Below, in pieces: positions 1 through 8,399 of a stretch of 64,000 bases of DNA; within the stretch, counting starts at the first letter, position 1; each line of letters begins with the position of its first letter. Origin of the DNA: Chloroflexota bacterium (GTDB lineage Bacteria; Chloroflexota; UBA11872; VXOZ01); assembly GCA_963663275.1 (NCBI GenBank), contig OY760183.1, positions 640,001-704,000 on the forward strand, given 5' to 3'. Under the pieces are notes generated by a model. It had not been told where the DNA came from and searched no databases. It saw only the letters and a list, made by a program, of their open reading frames with translations. A program made the position numbers and the translations under genes.

Positions 1-2
1 AC

Positions 3-578
3 GCCAGCCGCCCGGCCGACGTGGACCGCGACGGTTTTGTGATGGGCGAAGGCGGCGCCGCCATGATCCTCGAGCGCGAGGCCGACGCCAAAGCCCGCGG
101 CGCGCCCATCCTGGCCTACCTGGTGGGCTACGGCTGCACCAACGGCACCGGCGGCCGCACCGAACCCGACGGCGACGGCCAGGTGCAAACCATGAAGATC
201 GCGCTGGAAATGGCGGGGCTCGAGGCCTCAGACATCGACGCTATCAACCCGCACATGACCTCTACCGTCATCGGCGACCGGGTGGAAGCCGCCGCCCTGC
301 GCGCGATGTTCGGCGATCGGCCCTACGTCTCGGCCACGAAGTCCAGCACCGGGCACATGCTCGCGGCCGCGGGGTCGTTCGAGGCGGTGGCCTGTGTGAA
401 GATGCTGGAAGACCGGAAAGTGCCCGCTACCATCAATACCACAACCATCGCCCCGGATTGCGCCGGCATCAACTACGTCCTCGGCACAACCATCGACGCC
501 CCCCTGGAGTTCGTGCTCTCCAACTCCTTCGGCTTCGGCGACCACAACGCCACGCTCATCTTCCAACGGGCGGATTGA
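3..578 (+). CDS. fabF: Beta-ketoacyl-ACP synthase II, C-terminal part (5' truncated by window)
   Basis: RDGFVMGEGG, KSSTGHMLAAAG and SNSFGFGDHNA ketosynthase motifs. Confidence 0.85.
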   Translation, partial: ASRPADVDRDGFVMGEGGAAMILEREADAKARGAPILAYLVGYGCTNGTGGRTEPDGDGQVQTMKIALEMAGLEASDIDAINPHMTSTVIGDRVEAAALRAMFGDRPYVSATKSSTGHMLAAAGSFEAVACVKMLEDRKVPATINTTTIAPDCAGINYVLGTTIDAPLEFVLSNSFGFGDHNATLIFQRAD

Positions 579-594
579 GGGAGAAAGCCGCCAA

Positions 595-792
595 TCATTG
601 CTCTTCAGCAGTAGAAGGAGGCAAGTACTGCCTGGCGACCGCCATCAGTTCCGCCGCTAACTGTTCACCAAGTGCCGTTGGTTCCACAAACTCTGCTTCA
701 ATTCTCTCCTTCACGGTCAATGGCGTCACGGCCTCCTCACTCTCGCCCATGTTGCGCACACGTGTCTCCGTGTTCCGCGACTGTCCCGCCAC
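595..792 (-). CDS. Small acidic hypothetical protein (65 aa) overlapping the 3' end of the upstream Ntn-hydrolase gene
   Basis: GTG start preceded by strong RBS AAGGAGGAG (reverse complement of about 798-806); fills the gap to the convergent fabF. Confidence 0.55.
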   Translation of the reverse strand: MAGQSRNTETRVRNMGESEEAVTPLTVKERIEAEFVEPTALGEQLAAELMAVARQYLPPSTAEEQ

Positions 793-2107
793 TGTGCTCC
801 TCCTTAGCTATTGATTGGAAGTATTGCGGATTGAGATCGCGCTCAAAGTAGTGCTTGCGTTGAATCCAGATTAGTCCGTCCCCCTTTGATATTAGCATCA
901 CATCAATTGGACCGCCCACGGTTTCTTGTTCTTGCGATACTCTACGTTTGAATGATTGCAGGTTCACTAGAGCTTCCGCTACCGCCGGCAACTCACTCTT
1001 GGGCATGCTGGCCACAGTATTGATCACCGGCCCTATGAACTTTTCGGTACCAATGGTACTAAGCTTTTCAAGAAACTCTTCGAATATCCTCTCGGATGCC
1101 TTTGCAGTATCTTCCCTAAGTCGCTTTCTTTCTTGCTCAGAGATTCCCTCTACGTTGTCAATAATGGTGGCTGGATAGTCCTTCAGTATCCCATTAACTG
1201 CACCCAACAAGACTCCCCTATACTCCGGGTCAATTCCCTCCATGAAAGATTGGACCATTTCTTCTTGTGCAAAGGGAATTATCGTCGATCCGTTTTGAGC
1301 ACCGATATCCGCAGACTTGCCTTCAAAGTGTCGGTGCTTCAGTAACCCACCAGCGATTCCAGAGACTATAATTGCTCGTACGGAGGGAAAGAGTTGCTCT
1401 TCGCCAAATCCAGCAATGACAACACCAGAACCTTCGAGCGAAGTATCTTGCCCATCGTATTTTGACAAGACCCACCCTGCAAGCCGCGTAACCTTTCTGG
1501 AAGCACTAGTGGTCAAATCTGAGCCAATCGTTGTATCCTTCGTTTGCTTGATTATAGACCGATAGTTCCTTCTCAGTGCGTCGGCAGAAGCAGAATTCAT
1601 GTCCTCTGCATAATCGGCTCTTCTCCAACGCTGATAATGGGATTCGACTACCTCTGTCTTTACTTTCCGAACGAGGCGATCAAAGTCTCTGCTTGTTAAG
1701 TTTGGTTCCCCTTGCACTTCACTTACCACCTGGTCCTGAATCTGTCTAGCCATGCGTCCAAATTGGGCCGTCAGCACTTGCCTGACGTACATCTCCTGAC
1801 TCCCCGCCGGTGCAAGAGACGACTCCTTTTGGAGGAAGCTGACGAAATCATCTGCATAGTTTTCAACAGATGCAAGCGCGGTACTTCCTAGCTTCACTCG
1901 ATACATCTTGATTACTGTTTCCCAAGGCACTCCCATGAAGTTGGCCCCGCCATATACCATAATGCCGACCGGATGGTGCCGGGAGAGCGCGAAAAGCTTG
2001 TTCGCGGATGCAAAGATTTTGGGTGCGCCACCCTGGAAAGTGGTAACAGCACTGTCAGCAGCCAAGGCGACAGCTTCTTTGTTCATGATCGCGATCTCTG
2101 CGGTCAT
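737..2107 (-). CDS. Uncharacterised proteasome-beta/HslV-like Ntn-hydrolase-fold protein with a large insertion
   Basis: M-T1 start, AAD17S, NKLF, C-terminal TVGGPIDV; visibly lower GC than flanks. Confidence 0.7.
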   Translation of the reverse strand: MTAEIAIMNKEAVALAADSAVTTFQGGAPKIFASANKLFALSRHHPVGIMVYGGANFMGVPWETVIKMYRVKLGSTALASVENYADDFVSFLQKESSLAPAGSQEMYVRQVLTAQFGRMARQIQDQVVSEVQGEPNLTSRDFDRLVRKVKTEVVESHYQRWRRADYAEDMNSASADALRRNYRSIIKQTKDTTIGSDLTTSASRKVTRLAGWVLSKYDGQDTSLEGSGVVIAGFGEEQLFPSVRAIIVSGIAGGLLKHRHFEGKSADIGAQNGSTIIPFAQEEMVQSFMEGIDPEYRGVLLGAVNGILKDYPATIIDNVEGISEQERKRLREDTAKASERIFEEFLEKLSTIGTEKFIGPVINTVASMPKSELPAVAEALVNLQSFKRRVSQEQETVGGPIDVMLISKGDGLIWIQRKHYFERDLNPQYFQSIAKEEHSGGTVAEHGDTCAQHGRE

Positions 2108-2248
2108 TCCATCGCCTCGCGCGGTACTCTCATATATACTTCATTGACGTATGTCGCTCTGCCACTACCCTTATCAGTACACACAAACGACACAGGCTGC
2201 TATTCCGATAGGCAACGTTACGCACTTAATTCTCCACAAAGGACCTGC

Positions 2249-3430
2249 ATGAGTACACCACCTGCCTTACCTTACGATCTGGTCGTCCACGCCGGGCGGG
2301 TGCTCTGTCCCGCGACCGGGCTGGACGGGCCTGGGGCGGTGGCGGTGCGCGGCGACCGTATTGCGGCGGTTTTGCCGGCGTCACAGCCGCCGGACGCTGC
2401 GGAGAGTGCCGCGCTGCCGCAAGGCGCGGCACGGCAGACTCTTTCTTATCCCGACGGCATCCTGCTGCCCGGCCTGGTGGACGCGCACGCGCATCCGGCG
2501 CTCTCCGGCTCCAAGTACGGCATCGACGCCGACGCGCACATATTGCCCTACGGCTCCACCACGCTGCTCTCGCAGGGCGACGCCGGCGCGCAGAATTGGG
2601 CGCGCTACAAGGCGGAGACCATCGGCGGCAGCCGCGCGCGCATCTTGATGGCGCTCAATCTCTCCGCTACCGGCGAGACCAATGAGGAAGGCTGCTTCGC
2701 CGAGCTTGCCGACGCCGACGTTGACGCCTGCGTGGAAACCGTGACGCAGGATCCCGATACCATCTGGGGTATTGCCGTGAACGTCGGCCCCACCAACTGC
2801 CGGCAGAACGACCCCCGCGAGGTCATGGCCCGCGCCCTGGCCGCCGCCGAACGCTCCGGCACGCCCCTGCTCGTCGGCCAGCGCCGCCACGACGATTGGC
2901 CGCTGGCGGAGCAGTTCGACCTGCTGCGCCCGGGAGACGTGGTGACCTACTGCTTCCATGCCCGGACCGGCAGCATCCTCGAGAACGGGCGCGTGCGGGA
3001 CTGCGTGTGGGCGGCCCGCGAGCGGGGGATTCTCTTCGACCTCGGCCACGGCATGGATTCGTTCAACTTTCACGTGGCCGCGGCCGCAATCGGCGAGGGC
3101 TTCCTGCCGGACACCATCTCCAGCGACGTCTACGCCCGCCACGTGAATAGCAAGCCTCGCCACCATCTACCGCTGGTGATGTCCAAGCTCCGCGCCGCCG
3201 GCATGAGCGAGGCCGACATCTGGCCCCGTGTGACCTCGCGCCCCGCCGCTCTGCTCGGCATGGATAACGAAATCGGCGCGCTTACGCCCGGCGCGTGCGC
3301 CGACCTGGCCGTCCTCCGTTGGCACGGCGAACCGCGCCCGCTCCGCGACGCCGCCGGCAACGAACGCCGCGGCGGCGTGTGGGAACCGCTGCTGACGGTA
3401 CGCGGCGGCGAGATTGTCCAAAGCGGGTGA
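2249..3430 (+). CDS. Amidohydrolase/deacetylase (dihydroorotase-like) metallohydrolase
   Basis: PGLVDAHAH, DLGHG, PDTISSD, G.ADLAV motifs; ATG 2249 after AAAGGA. Confidence 0.85.
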   Translation: MSTPPALPYDLVVHAGRVLCPATGLDGPGAVAVRGDRIAAVLPASQPPDAAESAALPQGAARQTLSYPDGILLPGLVDAHAHPALSGSKYGIDADAHILPYGSTTLLSQGDAGAQNWARYKAETIGGSRARILMALNLSATGETNEEGCFAELADADVDACVETVTQDPDTIWGIAVNVGPTNCRQNDPREVMARALAAAERSGTPLLVGQRRHDDWPLAEQFDLLRPGDVVTYCFHARTGSILENGRVRDCVWAARERGILFDLGHGMDSFNFHVAAAAIGEGFLPDTISSDVYARHVNSKPRHHLPLVMSKLRAAGMSEADIWPRVTSRPAALLGMDNEIGALTPGACADLAVLRWHGEPRPLRDAAGNERRGGVWEPLLTVRGGEIVQSG

Positions 3431-3482
3431 GGCCGCTCCGCGAGCATGAGCAAAGGAGCGCAAGGACAACGAAAGGCTACCC

Positions 3483-4280
3483 GTGGGTTTTCGTAACACT
3501 TCCGACTACACGGCGGTAGCGCCGCATTACGATCTAACGCGCAACATGCCCGAAGCTCTCCTGCGAAAATGCTTCCGGCGCATCTTCGCGCAGGCGGGCT
3601 TTCCCAGGAAAGGCCGTATTCTCGACGCAGGCTGCGGCACGGCGCAGGTTTCTCTGCCGCTGATCAAGAGCGGCTACAGCGTGGTTGGGGTGGACGTGTC
3701 ATCAACTATGCTCGAGATTGCGCGGCAGAAGTTGGCGCCGGACGATACTGCGGCTTTCAAAGTCGGCGACGTGCGTTCGCTTGAAGACCCGGATGAATCC
3801 TACGATGGGGTCGTCGTCTCCAAGCTCTTCCAGCACGTTGGCAACTGGCAATCAGCCGTAGACGAACTGCTGCGGGTGACCAAGGACGGCGGCCTTTTCA
3901 TGCACATAAACGAAAAAGGCGCGTTCAAGCACGCGGTGCGCAGGCAGTTTTCCACCCGTTGCAAGGAACACGGCTACACCGACCTCTACGTTGGCATCAG
4001 AGACCGCAGTCAACTCGGCGTATACCTGGCTGAACAAGGCGCGGCTCCGCTTGCAATCGACACGCAGGGTCTGGCTTGGCAGAAGACCGTTACCTACCGG
4101 TCCGCGCTCGAACACCTGCGGCTCAAGCTCCATTCGGAGTTCTGGGCCGTGCCGGAAGAGACGTATGCCCAAGTCTTGACAGAGGTACAAGCATGGGTGG
4201 ACGCACAACCGGAGGGCGAGGCCACGCGCGAGACGATGCGCCCGTATCTGGTGGCTGAGGTCTTCACTATCAGCAAATAG
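3483..4280 (+). CDS. Class I SAM-dependent methyltransferase
   Basis: ILDAGCGTA motif I; GVDVSSTML. Confidence 0.85.
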   Translation: MGFRNTSDYTAVAPHYDLTRNMPEALLRKCFRRIFAQAGFPRKGRILDAGCGTAQVSLPLIKSGYSVVGVDVSSTMLEIARQKLAPDDTAAFKVGDVRSLEDPDESYDGVVVSKLFQHVGNWQSAVDELLRVTKDGGLFMHINEKGAFKHAVRRQFSTRCKEHGYTDLYVGIRDRSQLGVYLAEQGAAPLAIDTQGLAWQKTVTYRSALEHLRLKLHSEFWAVPEETYAQVLTEVQAWVDAQPEGEATRETMRPYLVAEVFTISK

Positions 4281-4390
4281 CGGCTCGTCGAAGGGGTACC
4301 GCTATTGATGGGCAATCTCATCTCCTGGATTCCTGCTTTCGCCGGGATGCCTGCTCCCATGAAAGGCGCTCAAGACTGTGAAACCACGTT

Positions 4391-5158
4391 TCACACCCCG
4401 GCCTGCACCCAGGCGCAGAAGCGGCGCTCCAGAAACTCGATGACGGCGTAGAGGCTCAGTCCCAGCGCGGCCATGGCCACAATGCCGGCGTACATGGCCG
4501 GATAGTCCACGCGCCCCCACGACTGCACGATGATGAAGTAGCCCAGGCCGTTGCGCGTGGCGAACGTCTCCGTGAAGAAGAGCACCGCGATCGCCGTGCC
4601 GCTGGTGATGCGCAGCGCGCTGAGAATCGAGGGCAGCACGGCGGGAAAGTAGACGTAGCGCAACAGGTGGCGGCGGCGCGCGCCCAACGAGCGCACCGAG
4701 AGGATCAGTTCCGGCCGCACGGCGTAGGCGGCGTCCCGCGTGAGCACCAGGATCTGAAAGTAGAGAATCAGGCTGATGATGAAGATCTTGGAGGCCTCGC
4801 CCACCCCCAGGAAAAGCATGATGATGGGCAGCAACACGATCTTGGGCACCGGATAGACCAGGTAGATGAGCGGGCTGGCAATGCGGTCGATCAACGGCGC
4901 TTGGCCCACCGCCATGCCCGCCGGCGCGGCCAACAGCACGGCAATGATGATGCTCAACACCACCCGGTAGCCGCTGACGAGCACGTGCCCCCACAAACCG
5001 CCGGCGGACCATTCCCGCGCAAACGCCCGCGCCACCGCCCACGGCGTCGGCAAGATCGGGTCGCTCAACGCCAACGCCGCCAACGCCCATACCGCCGCCA
5101 GCGCCAGCACGGCGGCAATGAGAAACGGCGGCGTGATGCGGGAACGGGGAGCAATCAT
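4391..5158 (-). CDS. ABC transporter permease, NitT/TauT/SsuC type
   Basis: LPTPWAV, YPVPKIVLLP, EAA-like loop (RSLGARR), GLGYFI. Confidence 0.85.
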   Translation of the reverse strand: MIAPRSRITPPFLIAAVLALAAVWALAALALSDPILPTPWAVARAFAREWSAGGLWGHVLVSGYRVVLSIIIAVLLAAPAGMAVGQAPLIDRIASPLIYLVYPVPKIVLLPIIMLFLGVGEASKIFIISLILYFQILVLTRDAAYAVRPELILSVRSLGARRRHLLRYVYFPAVLPSILSALRITSGTAIAVLFFTETFATRNGLGYFIIVQSWGRVDYPAMYAGIVAMAALGLSLYAVIEFLERRFCAWVQAGV

Positions 5159-5223
5159 GCGGTTGACACTCTATCCGCTTTAGTGCCGCGACGCCAGCAA
5201 CCCGGCTCCGGTGGGACGCTTGC

Positions 5224-5595
5224 TCACACAGAATCCTTCCGCTCAGCATCTTCAAGATCAGCTTGGGCGCGCACCAGGTGCGGCTTCACGGTTGAGATAT
5301 CGATGGTTATCACCTCCCAGACCCGTTCCAAGATAACTCCAAAGTATTCGTGAATGGGAACGTCACGCAAGCCGGCCATAGTACGCCAAGGAACATCGGG
5401 GTACCGCGCGCGCACTTCCTGTGGAACGTGCTTTGCGGCCTCGCCGATAATTTCCAAGCGGCGGACCACTGCGTCCTGCAACAGGGAGTTTGCGGCGAGT
5501 TCGTCCGCGGTCACGCCTGCGCGGTAGCTCTCGATCTTTTCAATGCACTCCACCATGTCTTGCACGTAGAGCGCGACGCTCCGTTCTTTGCTCAC
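5224..5595 (-). CDS. hepT: HepT-like (DUF86) HEPN RNase toxin
   Basis: RRLEIIGEAAK and intact RX4HXY motif (RDVPIHEY); overlaps upstream MNT gene. Confidence 0.85.
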   Translation of the reverse strand: MSKERSVALYVQDMVECIEKIESYRAGVTADELAANSLLQDAVVRRLEIIGEAAKHVPQEVRARYPDVPWRTMAGLRDVPIHEYFGVILERVWEVITIDISTVKPHLVRAQADLEDAERKDSV

Positions 5596-5933
5596 AGGAT
5601 CGGCGCCTCCTCACGCAGAATGCGGTCGCGCAAACGCGGCTTGATGGCAGCATACTCTACGAGATCAATCCGCTTGCCGAGCGCGTCCTCCAGGTCCAGC
5701 TTGACATCGATGAAGTCGAACAGGCTTGCCCCCGCATCCAACTCTACGAGAATGTCGACGTCGCTCTCCGGCGTAGCGTCACCGCGCGCCACCGACCCAA
5801 AGATGCCGGCGCGCTTAACGCCATGCTTGCGCAGCACCGGCAGGATTCTCTCCCGAATATCGGCTACAGCGGCTGTCTTATCGCTATTGGGTTTTGTCTT
5901 CACCGGTTGCCTCGCCTTTATGCTTGGGCGCAT
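5592..5933 (-). CDS. mntA: Minimal nucleotidyltransferase antitoxin (MntA-like)
   Basis: FGSVARGDATPESDVD = GSX10DXD. Confidence 0.85.
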   Translation of the reverse strand: MRPSIKARQPVKTKPNSDKTAAVADIRERILPVLRKHGVKRAGIFGSVARGDATPESDVDILVELDAGASLFDFIDVKLDLEDALGKRIDLVEYAAIKPRLRDRILREEAPIL

Positions 5934-6318
5934 CCGCGTCCTCAGCAGCAGGTGTGCCGGAGGCCATGTCTCTCGTCTCCAGATAAGGGGGATTCACGCG
6001 GGTTGCGGAAGGACTGGCTTCTTGCCGATTCTCGCGGCGCACCTCTGAGATTGCACGCGCCACCTCACGCTCGATTTCCTCGGCTGGCACATCCTTGAAC
6101 GGTTCTCTCATCCGCGCCAGCACCTTCAATCGCGCCTCCTGTTCCGCTTCCGCCCTCTCCAGGCGCGCAAGGTCGTCCGGAGAAACGACAGCCGCTACCG
6201 GGATGCCGCCGCGCTCGATGATCACACGGGCCTGCTGAGCGTAGACCTCAGTTAGCAACCCGCTCAACCGTTGCCGCGCTTCTGATGCCATCACTGTGCG
6301 GCGAGGTACAGTCTTCAA
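5884..6318 (-). CDS. Phd/YefM-family antitoxin-like protein (start uncertain: TTG 6318 or ATG 6291)
   Basis: ASEARQRLSGLL...RVIIERGGIPVAAVVS Phd-type N-terminus. Confidence 0.65.
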   Translation of the reverse strand: MKTVPRRTVMASEARQRLSGLLTEVYAQQARVIIERGGIPVAAVVSPDDLARLERAEAEQEARLKVLARMREPFKDVPAEEIEREVARAISEVRRENRQEASPSATRVNPPYLETRDMASGTPAAEDADAPKHKGEATGEDKTQ

Positions 6319-6361
6319 TACCTTGCTCTTTCGTTTAATGAGGCTCTTGCGTAAGCGTACG

Positions 6362-7789
6362 CTACTTCCCAAACAACCCCGGATTCCGCTCCGCAAACTC
6401 CCGTGCCAGCGCGGTCGCGGTTTCCGTGTCGTCCTGCGCCAGGTCGCCGTCGATGACCAGGTTGAGCAGGTAGTCCTTTATGGGCTTGATCCAGGGGCCT
6501 GGGCCGCGCTCGAACATAGTCATCAGGTCGTTGCCGTCCAGCGGACTTTTCAGTTGCGCCACGTCCTCCTGGGCTTGGAGGTCGCGGCAGCGGGCGGCCA
6601 GGTGGTTCACGCGGGCCGTGCCCGCCTCCACGCGGGAGCGGCGGTAGCTGGTAATGTCGGCGCGGGAGAGGGCAAAGAGGTCGTCGGTGATGCCCTCGGT
6701 TTCGCGCAGGAAGCGGCGCACCGCGCCGTCGGTCCAGTCCGGCGTGTAGAGGTTTGGACGCAGGTGCTCGGCCACCAGGCGCCGGATGCGCTCGCCGCTC
6801 TCCCGGTCGAAGCGCAAGCGCCGCAGTATCTTGCCGGCCATGCGCGCGCCCACGATTTCGTGGCGGAAGAAGTGCACCTTGCCGTCCTGCACCGTCTTCG
6901 TCCGCGGCTTGCCGACGTCGTGCAGCAGCGCCGCCCAGCGCAGCACCGGCGTCGCGGGCACGTTCTCCACCACCTTGAGCGTATGGCCGAACACGTCCTT
7001 GTGGCGACCGTCCTGGGTGGCGCCGCGCAGCGGCAGGAGTTCGGGGATGGCGTGCGCCGCCAGCCCGGTGTCGCAGAGGATTTCCAGGCCCAGGGCCGGC
7101 CGCTCCGCCACCAGCAGGCGGGTCATCTCAGCGGCGATTCTTTCCGCGCTCACGTGCCGCAGCGCGCCCGCCTGGCGGCGCATCGCCGCGCGGGTAGGCG
7201 GATCGATGCGAAAGCCGAGTTCCGCCGCGAACCGGGCGGCGCGCAACATGCGCAACGGGTCTTCGCTAAACCGCTCCTCGGGCTCGCCCACGGCGCGGAT
7301 GAGACCCCGCTGCAGGTCTTGCAGGCCGTGAAAGGGATCGAGCATGGCGCCGCTCGACGGTTCCTGGGCGATCGCGTTGATAGTGAAGTCGCGGCGCGAG
7401 AGGTCCTCTTCCAGGCTCGTGCCAAAGGTGACGGCGGGCTTGCGGCTGCCGACGGCGTATACCTCGCTGCGGTAGGTGGTAATCTCCACCACCCACTCGC
7501 CGAAACTCGCGCCGATGGTGCCGAACTTCTCGCCCACGTCGTAGCGGGAATCCGGCCGCGCGCGCGCCAGCAGGCGCTTGATTACCGGCGGGTGGGCGTC
7601 GGTGGCCAGGTCCAGGTCGCGGCTGGGGCGATGCAACAGCGCGTCGCGCACCGAGCCTCCCACCAGGTAGAGTTCGTGTCCAGCCTGCGCAAATTGGGCC
7701 GCCAACGCGCGCAACACCGGCGCCGACACCAGGTCCTGCACCACGCTTGTGCCGCGATCGCTCACTGCCACGCTCTTGCTCCGCTTCAA
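6362..7789 (-). CDS. cca: CCA tRNA nucleotidyltransferase / poly(A) polymerase family with HD domain (true start probably slightly downstream)
   Basis: YLVGGSVRD, DLDLAT, RRDFTINA, EDPLRMLRAARF, LLHDVGK. Confidence 0.85.
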   Translation of the reverse strand: MKRSKSVAVSDRGTSVVQDLVSAPVLRALAAQFAQAGHELYLVGGSVRDALLHRPSRDLDLATDAHPPVIKRLLARARPDSRYDVGEKFGTIGASFGEWVVEITTYRSEVYAVGSRKPAVTFGTSLEEDLSRRDFTINAIAQEPSSGAMLDPFHGLQDLQRGLIRAVGEPEERFSEDPLRMLRAARFAAELGFRIDPPTRAAMRRQAGALRHVSAERIAAEMTRLLVAERPALGLEILCDTGLAAHAIPELLPLRGATQDGRHKDVFGHTLKVVENVPATPVLRWAALLHDVGKPRTKTVQDGKVHFFRHEIVGARMAGKILRRLRFDRESGERIRRLVAEHLRPNLYTPDWTDGAVRRFLRETEGITDDLFALSRADITSYRRSRVEAGTARVNHLAARCRDLQAQEDVAQLKSPLDGNDLMTMFERGPGPWIKPIKDYLLNLVIDGDLAQDDTETATALAREFAERNPGLFGK

Positions 7790-8217
7790 CTACGAGAATC
7801 CGTCTTCCCCCACCTGGATTCCGGCTTTCGCCGGAATGACGGACAGTGTGCGGCAATGACGGCGTCCGTTTTGCTGCTTCCAAACTACCGACGGGTAGGA
7901 GAACCGCCTCTCCGCATGGCGACACCGCCAGGGAAGCGCGCGCCGCGACACATTCCTATGATAGCACGCGCCCAAGTCATTCTTGCGCCTGGGCAGGCAG
8001 GTTAGGTTTGCGCCGGGCGCGTTGGCCGCTACAATGAAGGGGGTACGGGCGCTCCGCGCGCGCCGGAATGCGGGGAAGACAGACCGGCCAGTTGCGGGAA
8101 GGGTTGCGGGTTTCCACCGCCGCGGCCGCGGTCAGCGCGTTTGCGTACGAGATACGTGTGTTCGGCCTACGGTCCGCCGTTGCGCGCCAGGCCCGCGCCG
8201 CGCCTGGGATACCGGAA

Positions 8218-8288
8218 GGCGGGGGACAAGCCCCCGCGCTACGACGTGCGGGCCGCGACGGTAGGGGCACGACATGTCGTGCCCCTAC
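8218..8288. repeat. REP-C (reverse, 8218-8242) plus REP-A (8261-8288)
   Basis: GGCGGGGGACAAGCCCCCGCGCTAC and GTAGGGGCACGACATGTCGTGCCCCTAC read directly. Confidence 0.9.
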
Positions 8289-8399
8289 CGGGGAGCGCGA
8301 ATGGCGCGTCTCATCCCGGGGCGTCCGCCGCCGCACACAACCCGGCGCGCCGCCATGGTCGCGCGCCGGCCGCACTGAATCGTCAAAAGGGTCTAAACG

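Noticed and set aside
1973-2248. N-terminal extension of the amidohydrolase ORF
   Set aside because: It overlaps the divergent Ntn gene; ATG 2249 has an RBS and fits the family start.
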